Assembly: GCA_964344415.1 (NCBI GenBank)
Contig: CAYFMS010000001.1
Location: forward strand, 10,126 to 74,125
Reading direction: 5' to 3'
Origin: an uncultured Gammaproteobacteria bacterium
GTDB lineage: Bacteria > Patescibacteriota > Patescibacteriia > UBA9934
Length of the DNA: 64,000 nucleotides
Shown here: in pieces, positions 39,864 through 49,884 of the stretch
How the letters are laid out: every line of letters begins with the position of its first letter
How positions within the stretch are numbered: the stretch's first letter is position 1
The notes under the pieces: model-generated
The model's input: only the letters and a program-made list of their open reading frames with translations
The model's database searches: none
What the model was told of the DNA's origin: nothing
Translations under genes and position numbers: made by a program

Positions 39864-39955
39864 GATATAAGGCCGTTTTTTGGGCTAATCTTAGTGTAAT
39901 AACCATTCAAGTGTCGATCGACACTTATATGAATAAAAGAGAATTTAATACTCCC

Positions 39956-42835
39956 CTAAAATGCTATTTCTACTTGGAATTCTGCGACTTTGAATGATGT
40001 TTTTTGACTACCTTCCGCTGCTTCAAATGACACATTATCAGCCAAAACTGCTTCTTTCAATGCATCTGCATGTTCTTCAAACATCTTTTTCACATCATCC
40101 GATTCAGACCAAATCTTCAAATCAATACGATCTTCAATCGTTAGTCCTGCCTCTTTCCGCAGTCCATTTACGCGACGCGAAATTTCCCTAAGCATTCCTT
40201 CGCGAATTAATTCCGGCGTTAATTCAAAATCAACCGTAACAGCTAATTCACCCTTTTCCACCTTCATTTCTTTTATATTAACTTCATCCAGAATCACCTG
40301 CTGCAGCTGCGCATCGATTTCACCAGATGGAGTTATAACTACGACCGAACCAAGTACTTGCTTCACAGGAATACCTGCCTGCTCTCGCGCTTCGAGAATC
40401 CTACTCACAATTGCGCGCGCTTCACCCATTGCTTCAATGATCTCTTCATCAACTTCTTCGGCATTAGGCCATAATTCCAAATGCACAGAACTTCGATCAC
40501 CCTCCCCTTTCCAATTTCCGTCTAATTCTTGATACATCATTTCAGCAAGGAAAGGCATAAATGGCGCAAGACAGCGAGAGAATACCTCGAATACTGTGCG
40601 CATAGTTGCAAGCGCCTCTTTCTGATCATTACCCTCAACTTTCACGCGATCACGACTTCGGCGTACATACCATGTTGAGAAATCCGTCACGAAAGATTGA
40701 AGCGGCCTGCTCGCACCTTGCAAGTCATATTCGTCCATATGATCTGTAACCTCTACGAGCGTCTGATTCAGACGAGCCAAAATCCATGCATCGAGCGCCG
40801 AATCACCCGATGGACTGCGCCCATCATCATGCTGACGATACAGGGTGTAGAATGTGAAGCTATTGCGCAAAATACTGATAAATTTCTTCGCAATTTCATC
40901 AACATCCGTCTCCTTGAATCGTAAATTCTCTGCATGCACAACATTACTTGAAGCCAAATAATAACGAAGTGCATCCGCGCCATATTCATCAACAATATGA
41001 TTCGGATCAGGATAATTTTGCAATCGCTTACTCATTTTCTTTCCGTCTTCCGCGAGAATGATCCCATGTACAATCACATTCTTGAATGCCGGCATGTCAA
41101 ATAAAGCATTTGCAAGAACATGCAATGTATAAAACCAACCGCGTGTTTGATCTTGCCCTTCAGCAATAAACTCAGCTGGAAAACCATGTTCAAATAATTC
41201 CTTATTTTCAAAAGGATAATGGATTTTTGCATAAGGAACAGATCCGGAATCGAACCAGCAATCAAAGACCTCTGAAATACGTGTGTACGTCTTACCATCC
41301 TTTTCAATCGTCAATTCATCAACGACATGCTTATGCAAATCATCAACTCGAGTTCCTGTTAACTCGTGCAGCTCATCTACACTTCCGACAACAAGAATAT
41401 CTCGATCTTCACTACGCCAAATTGGAATAGGCGTTCCCCAATACCTCGAACGAGAAATCGACCAGTCCGGAGCCGTTTCAAGCCCCTTCCCAAATCGCCC
41501 CGCGCCAATATGATCTGGCATCCAATTGATTTCTTTATTCGACCGAATCATCTTTTCTTTAATATCCTCGACCTTCACAAACCAAGATGTCGTTGCATAA
41601 TTAATGAGCGGACAGTCTGTGCGCCAACAAAGCGGATAGCTATGTTTATACTTTTTCTTCGAGAAAAGCTTTCCATGATGCGCAAGCCATTTCACCATTT
41701 CAATATCAATGGACATATTGTCGTCCGGCGTCTTGATAGGTTTTGCGACATCGTACCCTTCATCAACAAGCGCCTGTTCAACTTCGGGGACAAAGCGACC
41801 ATTCATCAGTACATGCACAATAGGGTCCACCCCCTCTTTTTGTCCAAGTTCTAAGTCATCCTGACCAAATCCGGGAGCAATATGTACAATTCCCGTTCCC
41901 TCATCCGTCGTCACAAAATCAGCATGAACAATACGGAAAGCATTTTCATGATCCGTAAAGTATGGGAAAAGTGGTTCATATGAAGCATCTATCAAATCCT
42001 CTGTTTTCACATCATCTGCAACTTCATATGTCTTGCCCTCGAAAACATCTTTAACCAAATCCTTAGCGACGATATATGTATCGCCCTCATGAGAAACGGT
42101 TACATATGTAATTGCACTGTGAATGGCAAGAAGCGTATTCCCCGGAAGTGTCCAAGGTGTTGTCGTCCATGCAAGAATGAATGCACCTTCATGCTCCCCG
42201 CTTGTGATCTTGAATTTCGCCGTAGCAGAAAGATCAGTTAATTCCTGATAATTCTGACTTACTTCAAAATTCGAAAGTACCGTTTCAAGAGCCGGAGAAA
42301 TATGCATGCTCTTATAACCTTCATACACCAATCCCTTTTTGTAGAGCTCAGAAAAGACCCACCAAACGGATTCCATAAATGACAAATCTTTCGTCATATA
42401 TGGCCGGTCCATATCTACCCATCGACCAATACGTCGAATTGTTTTCTTCCAATCATCAGCATAGGTCATTATCTCGGCTTCGCAACAAGCATTGAATTTT
42501 GCAATGCCCATATTTTCAATCGCTTCTCTATCATTCAAACCGTATTTTTTCTCAACAATGGCTTCAATCGGTAATCCATGACAATCCCAGCCCCATGTTC
42601 GATCAACACGGTACCCCTTCATAGTGAAATAGCGCGGAACAATATCTTTTTCCGTACTTGCAAGTAAATGACCATAATGAGGCTTCCCCGTTGCAAATGG
42701 AGGCCCATCATAAAAAACATACGGATTTCCTTCGCTGCGTTCACTTACACTGCGCTCAAAAATCTTATGCTCATCCCAAAATGCTAAAATCTTCTCTTCT
42801 TCAGCGCTATGCTTTGATTGTTTTTTTCCTTCCAT
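39956..42835 (-). CDS. ileS: Isoleucyl-tRNA synthetase
   Basis: 959 aa; HIGH-type PHYGHLL, KMSKRL, editing CP1 domain, C-terminal zinc-binding region. Confidence 0.95.
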   Translation of the reverse strand: MEGKKQSKHSAEEEKILAFWDEHKIFERSVSERSEGNPYVFYDGPPFATGKPHYGHLLASTEKDIVPRYFTMKGYRVDRTWGWDCHGLPIEAIVEKKYGLNDREAIENMGIAKFNACCEAEIMTYADDWKKTIRRIGRWVDMDRPYMTKDLSFMESVWWVFSELYKKGLVYEGYKSMHISPALETVLSNFEVSQNYQELTDLSATAKFKITSGEHEGAFILAWTTTPWTLPGNTLLAIHSAITYVTVSHEGDTYIVAKDLVKDVFEGKTYEVADDVKTEDLIDASYEPLFPYFTDHENAFRIVHADFVTTDEGTGIVHIAPGFGQDDLELGQKEGVDPIVHVLMNGRFVPEVEQALVDEGYDVAKPIKTPDDNMSIDIEMVKWLAHHGKLFSKKKYKHSYPLCWRTDCPLINYATTSWFVKVEDIKEKMIRSNKEINWMPDHIGAGRFGKGLETAPDWSISRSRYWGTPIPIWRSEDRDILVVGSVDELHELTGTRVDDLHKHVVDELTIEKDGKTYTRISEVFDCWFDSGSVPYAKIHYPFENKELFEHGFPAEFIAEGQDQTRGWFYTLHVLANALFDMPAFKNVIVHGIILAEDGKKMSKRLQNYPDPNHIVDEYGADALRYYLASSNVVHAENLRFKETDVDEIAKKFISILRNSFTFYTLYRQHDDGRSPSGDSALDAWILARLNQTLVEVTDHMDEYDLQGASRPLQSFVTDFSTWYVRRSRDRVKVEGNDQKEALATMRTVFEVFSRCLAPFMPFLAEMMYQELDGNWKGEGDRSSVHLELWPNAEEVDEEIIEAMGEARAIVSRILEAREQAGIPVKQVLGSVVVITPSGEIDAQLQQVILDEVNIKEMKVEKGELAVTVDFELTPELIREGMLREISRRVNGLRKEAGLTIEDRIDLKIWSESDDVKKMFEEHADALKEAVLADNVSFEAAEGSQKTSFKVAEFQVEIAF

Positions 42836-42901
42836 ACGTCGCTAAGATTACCAGTCAAGTCATTGTATTACAAGAAAAAACCACTACACGAAGTGAAGTG
42901 G

Positions 42902-43390
42902 TCAGCGATTCTTCAATTTGTCTGGATAGCAGACGGCATGCAGGTAACCGTCCCCGATTCTGATGCTGCGATCGGACTTACGTGAGCCGTAAGCATATCC
43001 GAGATCTCGAAAACGAATTCCACATCCCCAGTGCACCCACTGACCTCCACGAGGACTATGTGCGGGTATCACCGTGCAGTATTTTCGTTCGGCGATATAC
43101 TCGCCTATTTCCGCTACAACCCCCTGCAATCTCTTGATGACATTCTCGAATTTCATCATTCCGTCCAAGCCGTAGATGCTCTCATCCCAAATGAAAGCAT
43201 GAATGACCTTTGCGTATGGGTCCTCAGGAGCCAGCTCTCCCGAAACGATATCTTCCGGCCAGACGTCGCGCCGATGCTGATTTTGACTCAATCGAATCAC
43301 ACGTCCATATCCATCGAGAAAAAACTGAATATGATCCCCGGTGCGCGAGACCCTCAATGCACCCATAACATTTCGAATTGACATGCTCAC
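42902..43390 (-). CDS. Hypothetical protein, GC ~52%
   Basis: 162 aa; no motif recognised with confidence. Confidence 0.4.
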   Translation of the reverse strand: MSMSIRNVMGALRVSRTGDHIQFFLDGYGRVIRLSQNQHRRDVWPEDIVSGELAPEDPYAKVIHAFIWDESIYGLDGMMKFENVIKRLQGVVAEIGEYIAERKYCTVIPAHSPRGGQWVHWGCGIRFRDLGYAYGSRKSDRSIRIGDGYLHAVCYPDKLKNR

Positions 43391-43450
43391 CTCCTAAAAA
43401 GAAATTAACAGACTACCAACACTCTCGCAAGCTGATGCTATAATACAATC

Positions 43451-43903
43451 ATGAAAACAGTATTCCTTGGTGCCGATCATGCCGGTTTCCATATTAAAAA
43501 TAGTATTAAAGAGCATTTAGAACATGCCGGGTATCATATTGAGGATCTTGGCGCGCATGAACTCGATCCGCATGACGATTATCCGCAATACGCTCAAGCC
43601 GTCGCTGAAGCTGTACTATCTCACCCAAATTCTCTTGGCATACTCAGCTGTGGAAATGCAGAAGGCATTATGATCGCTGCAAATAAATTTGATGGAATAC
43701 GCGCCGGGCTTGGATATTCAATCGAATCTGCAAAAACAATGCGTCAAGATGATAATGCAAATATCATTTCTATACCGGGAAGAATAGAAACCGATGATGA
43801 CCCTCTATCAATCGTCGATGCATTCATTCGTACATCATTCAGCGGCGACGAGCGCCACGCAAGGCGTTTAAAACAAGTCGAGAATATTGAAGAACACAAT
43901 TAA
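43451..43903 (+). CDS. rpiB: Ribose-5-phosphate isomerase B (RpiB/LacAB family), leaderless
   Basis: MKTVFLGADHAGFHIK...LSCGNAEG; extended -10 TGcTATAAT 6 nt before the ATG. Confidence 0.85.
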   Translation: MKTVFLGADHAGFHIKNSIKEHLEHAGYHIEDLGAHELDPHDDYPQYAQAVAEAVLSHPNSLGILSCGNAEGIMIAANKFDGIRAGLGYSIESAKTMRQDDNANIISIPGRIETDDDPLSIVDAFIRTSFSGDERHARRLKQVENIEEHN

Positions 43904-43904
43904 T

Positions 43905-44546
43905 ATGACATTGATCGTCCCAGCAATACTCGAAAAAACAGAAAAAGACTTCAAAGAAAAAATTCAGAATGCAGAAATGAGGTCTCTTGCGAACATATGG
44001 CAAATTGATGTACTTGATGGAAGTATGTTCAATGCAGATTCTTGGGCTGATGCATCCAAACTCCAAGAACTTGACCTACCCCATATCGAATTGCATCTTA
44101 TGATCGACGATCCATTGCCGGTTATTGAAGAGTGGACCAGTCATGTCCCGAATGTCATTCGAGCTATTATCCATGCAGAAATCCCGCAAGACCTACGCTC
44201 TACAATAGATACAATTCATGCAATGGGTATCGATGCCGGCCTCGCTATCAATCCCGACACTCCACTTGATGCCGTATATGAACTTCACGAATCCATTGAC
44301 ATGCTGCTCATTATGGGAGTGCAGCCCGGATTTTCTGGGCAAAGATTCCTGGGAGATCAAATTCTTGAGAAGATTAAAGAAGCAAAAAATTCCTTCCTTG
44401 CTATTCAAGTCGCCGTCGATGGAGGCGTGAAAGAAACCAATGCAGAAAGGATTATTGACGCTGGAGCAGATCAGCTCTGTATCGCTTCTGGCATCTGGGA
44501 TTCAATATCTCCTGCAAAGGCATATAAAATGTATTCAAATCTTTAA
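43905..44546 (+). CDS. rpe: Ribulose-phosphate 3-epimerase
   Basis: HLMIDDP, GVQPGFSGQRF, AVDGGV motifs; start at MTLIVPAIL. Confidence 0.85.
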   Translation: MTLIVPAILEKTEKDFKEKIQNAEMRSLANIWQIDVLDGSMFNADSWADASKLQELDLPHIELHLMIDDPLPVIEEWTSHVPNVIRAIIHAEIPQDLRSTIDTIHAMGIDAGLAINPDTPLDAVYELHESIDMLLIMGVQPGFSGQRFLGDQILEKIKEAKNSFLAIQVAVDGGVKETNAERIIDAGADQLCIASGIWDSISPAKAYKMYSNL

Positions 44547-44591
44547 ACAGAGTTATATTTGCACACCTTTTTTATAATGTTATAATCACGA

Positions 44592-45431
44592 TTGACTAAT
44601 TCCCCATTATTTATGACAAAAACAATCACATTGAAGCAGGTTTCGCTCGTCTTTATCGCAGCGACAATCGCACTTGCCGGATACTTCACGGCATCTATTC
44701 CTCAAGCGCGCGCACTCGTAAGCATCGAAAGCGTGCAGGCGGGAGATTTATTCCGCGGCGAAACTCTTTCAGCCGTTTACTATATGGGAGCTGATGGTTT
44801 CCGCTATGTTTTCCCAACAAGTGGCACTTATTTCACTTGGTATGACGATTTCAATGATGTGAAATTCGTGGCAGACTCTGACTTGCCAAAAGTACAAATC
44901 GGCGGAAATATTTCATATAAGCCAGGTGTTCGCATGATTAAGATCGACAGTGACCCTAAGACATATGCCATCGACGCAGGCGGAACACTTCGTCATGTTG
45001 CGTCAGAAGCGGTAGCGACAGATCTTTATGGATCAGCATGGAATACCATGATTGACGACATGCCAGATGCCTATTTCGCAAATACATATGCAATGGGATC
45101 TGAAATTTCTTCATCTTCGCAGTTTGATAAGTCTGCTATCACAGCAGCTGCAGCAAGCATTGACGATGATATGGGACTTATCGCACCAGCAAATATCTCA
45201 ATCACCGATAGCGGATTCAGCCCAATCGATGTAACGATTGAACCTGGGCAAGGTGTACGATTCACCAATAATGGAACAACAACGCATAATGCAACGGCAG
45301 ATGACCTAAAATGGGGTACGGGAACATTGCAGCCGGGAGCATCAAAGATTCGAAAGTTTGAAGAGTCTGGAACCTACACATTCTTCGACGGACTCAATTC
45401 ATCAAGTACCGGAGCAATCTTCGTTGAGTAA
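44592..45431 (+). CDS. Secreted/anchored hypothetical protein with C-terminal cupredoxin-like beta-sandwich lacking Cu ligands
   Basis: N-terminal TM/signal; C-terminus ITDSGFSP..VTIEPGQGVRFTNNGTTTHNA..GTYTFFD. Confidence 0.4.
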   Translation: MTNSPLFMTKTITLKQVSLVFIAATIALAGYFTASIPQARALVSIESVQAGDLFRGETLSAVYYMGADGFRYVFPTSGTYFTWYDDFNDVKFVADSDLPKVQIGGNISYKPGVRMIKIDSDPKTYAIDAGGTLRHVASEAVATDLYGSAWNTMIDDMPDAYFANTYAMGSEISSSSQFDKSAITAAAASIDDDMGLIAPANISITDSGFSPIDVTIEPGQGVRFTNNGTTTHNATADDLKWGTGTLQPGASKIRKFEESGTYTFFDGLNSSSTGAIFVE

Positions 45432-45487
45432 GAATTGCCTACAAAAAGAATCCCACAAGGGATTCTTTTTTATTTGCGCTATAATGC

Positions 45488-46399
45488 ATGCATATGCCCG
45501 AGATTCGCGCCATACCTACCCTGACACAAGAGAAGCTTCTTAAACTTGAAAGCCGTGCAAATGATATTCGCAAGGATCTTATTGAGATGCTGACGAAGGC
45601 GAAAAGTGGCCATACCGCCGGTCCTCTTGGCCTTGCGGATATTTTTACTGCCCTCTACTTTCATGTGCTTGAATATGATGCGAAAAAGCCTGATTGGGAT
45701 ATGCGGGACAGACTTCTTCTTTCATGCGGACATGTCGTCCCCATTCAATATGTTTTGATGGCACATGCGGGGTACTTTCCAAAAAAAGAACTCGATACCC
45801 TGCGGAAACTTGGATCGCGACTGCAAGGTCACCCAGAAATAACGCATCTTCCCGGTATTGAAAATACATCTGGACCACTTGGTGATGGCTCACCCCAATC
45901 TGCCGGCCTCGCATATATCGCTAAAAAAGAAGACCTGCCTTGGCATACCTATTGCATTATGTCCGACGGCGAATTAGAGGCAGGTATTACATGGGAAGCG
46001 GCAATGTTTGCGGGGAAAAATAAGCTTCATAACCTCACATGGATTATTGATCGCAATAATATTCAAATCGATGGATACACAGAAGACATCATGCCGCTTG
46101 AACCACTTCATGATAAATTTGCAGGTTTTAATTTTGAAGTTGTTGAAATCAATGGTCACAATATCCGAGAATTTGTCGATGCATGCAGTTATGCGAAAAG
46201 TGTTTGGGATAAGCCGGTTGTAATTATTGCACATACCATTCCAGGAAAAGGAGTGGATTTCATGGAAGGAGATTTTAAATGGCATGGATCCCCTCCTGGA
46301 AAAGGCCCTGAAGACAAAGTGAAAAAAGAAGAGCAAATGAAAGAAGCTCTCAAAGAATTACGAACACTGGGCGGCTGCATAACATCTGAATGTGAATAA
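45488..46399 (+). CDS. Transketolase, N-terminal (TPP-binding) subunit
   Basis: GHTAGPLGLADIFTALYF...LSCGHVV; leaderless, likely translated from the second ATG (45494). Confidence 0.85.
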   Translation: MHMPEIRAIPTLTQEKLLKLESRANDIRKDLIEMLTKAKSGHTAGPLGLADIFTALYFHVLEYDAKKPDWDMRDRLLLSCGHVVPIQYVLMAHAGYFPKKELDTLRKLGSRLQGHPEITHLPGIENTSGPLGDGSPQSAGLAYIAKKEDLPWHTYCIMSDGELEAGITWEAAMFAGKNKLHNLTWIIDRNNIQIDGYTEDIMPLEPLHDKFAGFNFEVVEINGHNIREFVDACSYAKSVWDKPVVIIAHTIPGKGVDFMEGDFKWHGSPPGKGPEDKVKKEEQMKEALKELRTLGGCITSECE

Positions 46400-47390
46400 T
46401 ATGGCCAAAAATCGAGATCCAAAATTGAATCGAAGCTGGAAAAAGCGAGATACACTCAAACAAATCCCGACCAGAGATGGATATGGCGAAGGTATTGTTA
46501 TGGCCGGAAAGGAAGATTCAAATGTCTATGTTATCTGCGCAGATTTAACTGATTCCACAAGAAATACTGAATTCAAAAAGCAATTCCCAGACCGCTTTGT
46601 TCAATTTGGCGTCGCTGAGCAAGGAATGGCTGCCGTCGGTGCCGGCATGGCTCTTGCTGGAAAAACAGTTTTTATTGCTAGCTATGCCTGCTTCTCTCCG
46701 GGAAGAAATTGGGAACAAATTCGTACGACTGGATGTTTACAAAATACCAATTTAAAAATCGTTGGCGCTCATGCAGGTGTGTCAGTAGGTCCAGATGGAG
46801 CAACGCATCAGATGCTTGAAGACATCGCCCTCATGCGTGTTTTACCGAATATGACCGTCCTAGCGCCATGCGACGCTATTGAAACAAGAAAGGCCACCAT
46901 TGCTGCTGCTAACATTGATGGGCCCGTTTATATTCGTTTTGCAAGAGAGAAAAGCCCTGTATTCACAACGGAAGCAACACCATTTGAAGTAGGAAAAGCG
47001 CAGATTTTTCGAAAAGGAAATGACATTGCCATTATCGGTTGCGGCCCCCTGCTCTATGAAGCAATGCTTGCAGCGGAAGAATTAGCAAAAGAAGGGATTG
47101 AAGCGCGCGTCATCAATAATGCAAGTATTAAACCAATGGATGAAGCAACGATTCTTGCGGCGGCAAAAGAATGCGGTGCTATCGTGACCGTGGAAGAAGC
47201 ACAGGTCGCGGCTGGCATGGGTAGCGCCATTTGCGAATTTACAAGCGAACACTTCCCTGTCCCTGTTGAACGCATAGGAATGCAAGATCGATTCGGAGAA
47301 TCAGGCTCTCCGCAAGAACTGATTGAGCATTTTAAATTAACTGCGCCACACATTGTAAAGGTTGCAAAAAGAATTATAAAAAAGAAATAG
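46392..47390 (+). CDS. Transketolase, C-terminal (pyrimidine-binding / C-terminal domain) subunit
   Basis: Overlaps the N-subunit stop by 8 nt; the split-gene arrangement is typical. Confidence 0.85.
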   Translation: MNNMAKNRDPKLNRSWKKRDTLKQIPTRDGYGEGIVMAGKEDSNVYVICADLTDSTRNTEFKKQFPDRFVQFGVAEQGMAAVGAGMALAGKTVFIASYACFSPGRNWEQIRTTGCLQNTNLKIVGAHAGVSVGPDGATHQMLEDIALMRVLPNMTVLAPCDAIETRKATIAAANIDGPVYIRFAREKSPVFTTEATPFEVGKAQIFRKGNDIAIIGCGPLLYEAMLAAEELAKEGIEARVINNASIKPMDEATILAAAKECGAIVTVEEAQVAAGMGSAICEFTSEHFPVPVERIGMQDRFGESGSPQELIEHFKLTAPHIVKVAKRIIKKK

Positions 47391-47419
47391 GGACGAGTTC
47401 AGCTCGTCCCTTCGTTTTC
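47390..47419. terminator. Terminator after the transketolase pair
   Basis: gggacgag-ttcag-ctcgtccc hairpin plus T-rich tail. Confidence 0.7.
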
Positions 47420-47599
47420 ATTGTTGGTGTAGAGAATTTCGAGAGACCATTCGGAATCATCATTCTGACGTGCGATGACAGTAGCATCATCACGAATACG
47501 CTTCCCCACAATCCCATTATCGCATGGGGCCAACATTCGAATGGCGACACTTTCGCCACTTGCGAGAATGAGCTCCACAATCTCACCTACACATTTCAC
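47399..47599 (-). CDS. Small protein (~65 aa), possible OB-fold (IF-1/S1-like), non-ATG start
   Basis: SD GGAGGTG followed by GTG (6 nt) or ATG (11 nt); the ORF-track start is TTG; weak IF-1-like pattern GEIVELIL..ESVAIRM..DNGIVGKRIR. Confidence 0.35.
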   Translation of the reverse strand: MKCVGEIVELILASGESVAIRMLAPCDNGIVGKRIRDDATVIARQNDDSEWSLEILYTNNENEGTS

Positions 47600-47637
47600 C
47601 AAACACACCTCCAAAACGTTTCCGCATATTATCAGAT

Positions 47638-48582
47638 TTATTCAATTGATACGAGTTTTTGAAGTGTTTCGAGGTCGCCGCGGCGCTTTTCAATTTTTGT
47701 TTTAAGCCCTCCGAAAATTCGTTCCAATTCTTTTGCATATTTTTCTTTTAGCATACCATTACCGCCAGCCAAAAATGATGCTCGCAATTTATATACATCT
47801 CTTATTTCTTCTTCAGATAAATCAAGTGCCTCCGTTAATATATCGATACTGATTCCATGGCTAGACATTAATTCTTCAATACTCGTCACCTCGGTGCGAT
47901 AGCCTGAATCGAAGAAAAACCTCTCCAATTCTCGAACAGATGCATCAATTCTCTTTTCTAGATTTAGATTCTTCGCATACTGAATCTTTAGACCCTCCGG
48001 TGTTAATACATTCATACCTGAAATTCTGTGACGGTATCGATTTTCCTTTGGAACCATCACAGAGTCCTGAAATATCTCAAATGGATATTCATAAAGCTGT
48101 CCCTCATGATCAAGCATGACGGATCCTCGTAAAATAGCAGCTCCATCAAGAGATGAAATAAAAAACATACCATCTCTCATATCATCATCCGACGGCGCGT
48201 CAAAGACGACACTCTTATTGTCAGATAAGCGCGATGCAATTTCACGGAATGACTGTTTTGAATCAATGGAAATATCTAAATCTCCTGGGGATTTTTGTAA
48301 CTCGGCCTCATCAAATTTTTCTCCGTGAAGAAACATGGCAGTACTAGCAAAAACAGTGTAATCATCAATCCCTGTAAATACATCGCGGAAGAAATCGATT
48401 CCTTTTCGAACGATTTCATTTCGCCTATCTTCTGGTAGACTTTCATCTTCAATGTTAATAGCGCGGAGCTCGCGCTGCCCATCTTGTGGCCCTTGGGCGT
48501 CTTCAGCCTCGGTCGCCTCTTCATGCTCTTCTTCTATTTCATGATCATGAACGAGCTCTGCAAGATTTCTTTCATTCTCCAT
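47638..48582 (-). CDS. Pol-beta-superfamily nucleotidyltransferase-fold protein, AbiEii/DUF1814-like
   Basis: Acidic N-terminus, then ASTAMFLHGE-x12-SPGDLDISID, matching hG[GS]-x9-13-D-x-D. Confidence 0.35.
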   Translation of the reverse strand: MENERNLAELVHDHEIEEEHEEATEAEDAQGPQDGQRELRAINIEDESLPEDRRNEIVRKGIDFFRDVFTGIDDYTVFASTAMFLHGEKFDEAELQKSPGDLDISIDSKQSFREIASRLSDNKSVVFDAPSDDDMRDGMFFISSLDGAAILRGSVMLDHEGQLYEYPFEIFQDSVMVPKENRYRHRISGMNVLTPEGLKIQYAKNLNLEKRIDASVRELERFFFDSGYRTEVTSIEELMSSHGISIDILTEALDLSEEEIRDVYKLRASFLAGGNGMLKEKYAKELERIFGGLKTKIEKRRGDLETLQKLVSIE

Positions 48583-48631
48583 ATAAAAATATTGTAGCAG
48601 TTCTGACTATCTCATGCTAAACTCCGTTTGT

Positions 48632-49321
48632 ATGAGAATCAATAAATTCCTTGCAAGCAGCGGTTTTTGCTCGAGACGCAAGGCGGACACATTAATTGCA
48701 GATGGTCATGTAACCATCAATGGAAATATTGCAAAACTTGGCGACGATGTTAAAGATCATGACATCGTGAAGGTTGATGAAAAGCAAATTATTTTAAAAG
48801 AACAACGCATATATTTGGCCTTCCATAAACCAGTTGGCGTTATTTCTACTGCAGATCCAAATGCTGATAATACGATTTTTGATTACGTTGATGTGCCAGA
48901 AAGAGTCTTTTATATTGGAAGGCTCGATGTTGCGTCTTCGGGACTTATGATTTTAACCGATGACGGCGATCTAGCACAGAAAGTAGCGCGACCAGAATTT
49001 GGTCATGAAAAAGAATATATTGTCACCGTGAATGAAGCATATAATCGCAAATTCATCGACGGCATGAAGTCAGGAGTCGTTTTGGACGATGGAACAAAGA
49101 CGAAGCCGGCTCATTTTAAGCGTGAAGGCAAACGACGATTCCGACTCATTATTACCGAAGGAAAAAATCGGCAAATTCGCCGTATGTGCGAAGCGCTTGG
49201 ATACGAGGTAACGAATTTAAAGCGCGTTCGTGTTATGAATGTGCGACTTGGTGATTTAGGTCCAGGAAATTGGCGTCAACTTACCAAGAAAGAGCGAAGA
49301 GGACTCCTTGAATCTATATGA
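48632..49321 (+). CDS. rRNA pseudouridine synthase, RsuA/RluB family
   Basis: S4 domain N-terminus, catalytic YIGRLDVASSGLMILTDDG. Confidence 0.8.
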   Translation: MRINKFLASSGFCSRRKADTLIADGHVTINGNIAKLGDDVKDHDIVKVDEKQIILKEQRIYLAFHKPVGVISTADPNADNTIFDYVDVPERVFYIGRLDVASSGLMILTDDGDLAQKVARPEFGHEKEYIVTVNEAYNRKFIDGMKSGVVLDDGTKTKPAHFKREGKRRFRLIITEGKNRQIRRMCEALGYEVTNLKRVRVMNVRLGDLGPGNWRQLTKKERRGLLESI

Positions 49322-49833
49322 TGATTGTTTTCTGGGTGCTATTTTTTACTATTGTCGGATCGGCTGCGATCGCGGGTCTGTCTGCCGCACCATGGCTTCC
49401 AACACGCAAGGGGGAAATTGAATTGTTAAAGGAAGCACTGGGAGATATTGATGGGAAAACTGTGTATGATCTCGGCTGTGGCGATGGACGTATTCTCTTT
49501 TCGCTCGCAAATGATTTTCCAGATGCAACACTCATTGGAATTGAACTTTCCATAGCTCCTTTTTTATATGCTGTGACCCGTAAATATCTTGGCCGATACA
49601 AAAATGTCAGCATACGATACGGAAATTTCTTCCGTCATGACCTGTCTAATGCAGATATCATCATTACATTTCTCCTTGAAAAAGCATATCCAAAATTATT
49701 AAAGAAATTCGACACTGAATTAAAATCAGGGGCGCAAATTTTTGTTGAAGCTTGGCCATATCAAGACCGCAAGCCAAATCATGTCTTTGAGAAACCGGGA
49801 CGACTGAAAATTTTTGAGTATCGCATTGATTGA
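49318..49833 (+). CDS. Class I SAM-dependent methyltransferase with N-terminal TM
   Basis: VYDLGCGDGRILFSL (motif I). Confidence 0.6.
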   Translation: MMIVFWVLFFTIVGSAAIAGLSAAPWLPTRKGEIELLKEALGDIDGKTVYDLGCGDGRILFSLANDFPDATLIGIELSIAPFLYAVTRKYLGRYKNVSIRYGNFFRHDLSNADIIITFLLEKAYPKLLKKFDTELKSGAQIFVEAWPYQDRKPNHVFEKPGRLKIFEYRID

Positions 49834-49884
49834 CGATATTCGTATTTTCTGCTACGGTTTCTCCTCGTTCTTTTAGGAGGAATC

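Noticed and set aside
42902-43390. Calling 42902..43390 a calcineurin-like metallophosphoesterase
   Set aside because: GDH/DGYGR strings are suggestive, but the canonical GDxHG...GDxxDRG...GNHE motif order is not present; left as hypothetical.
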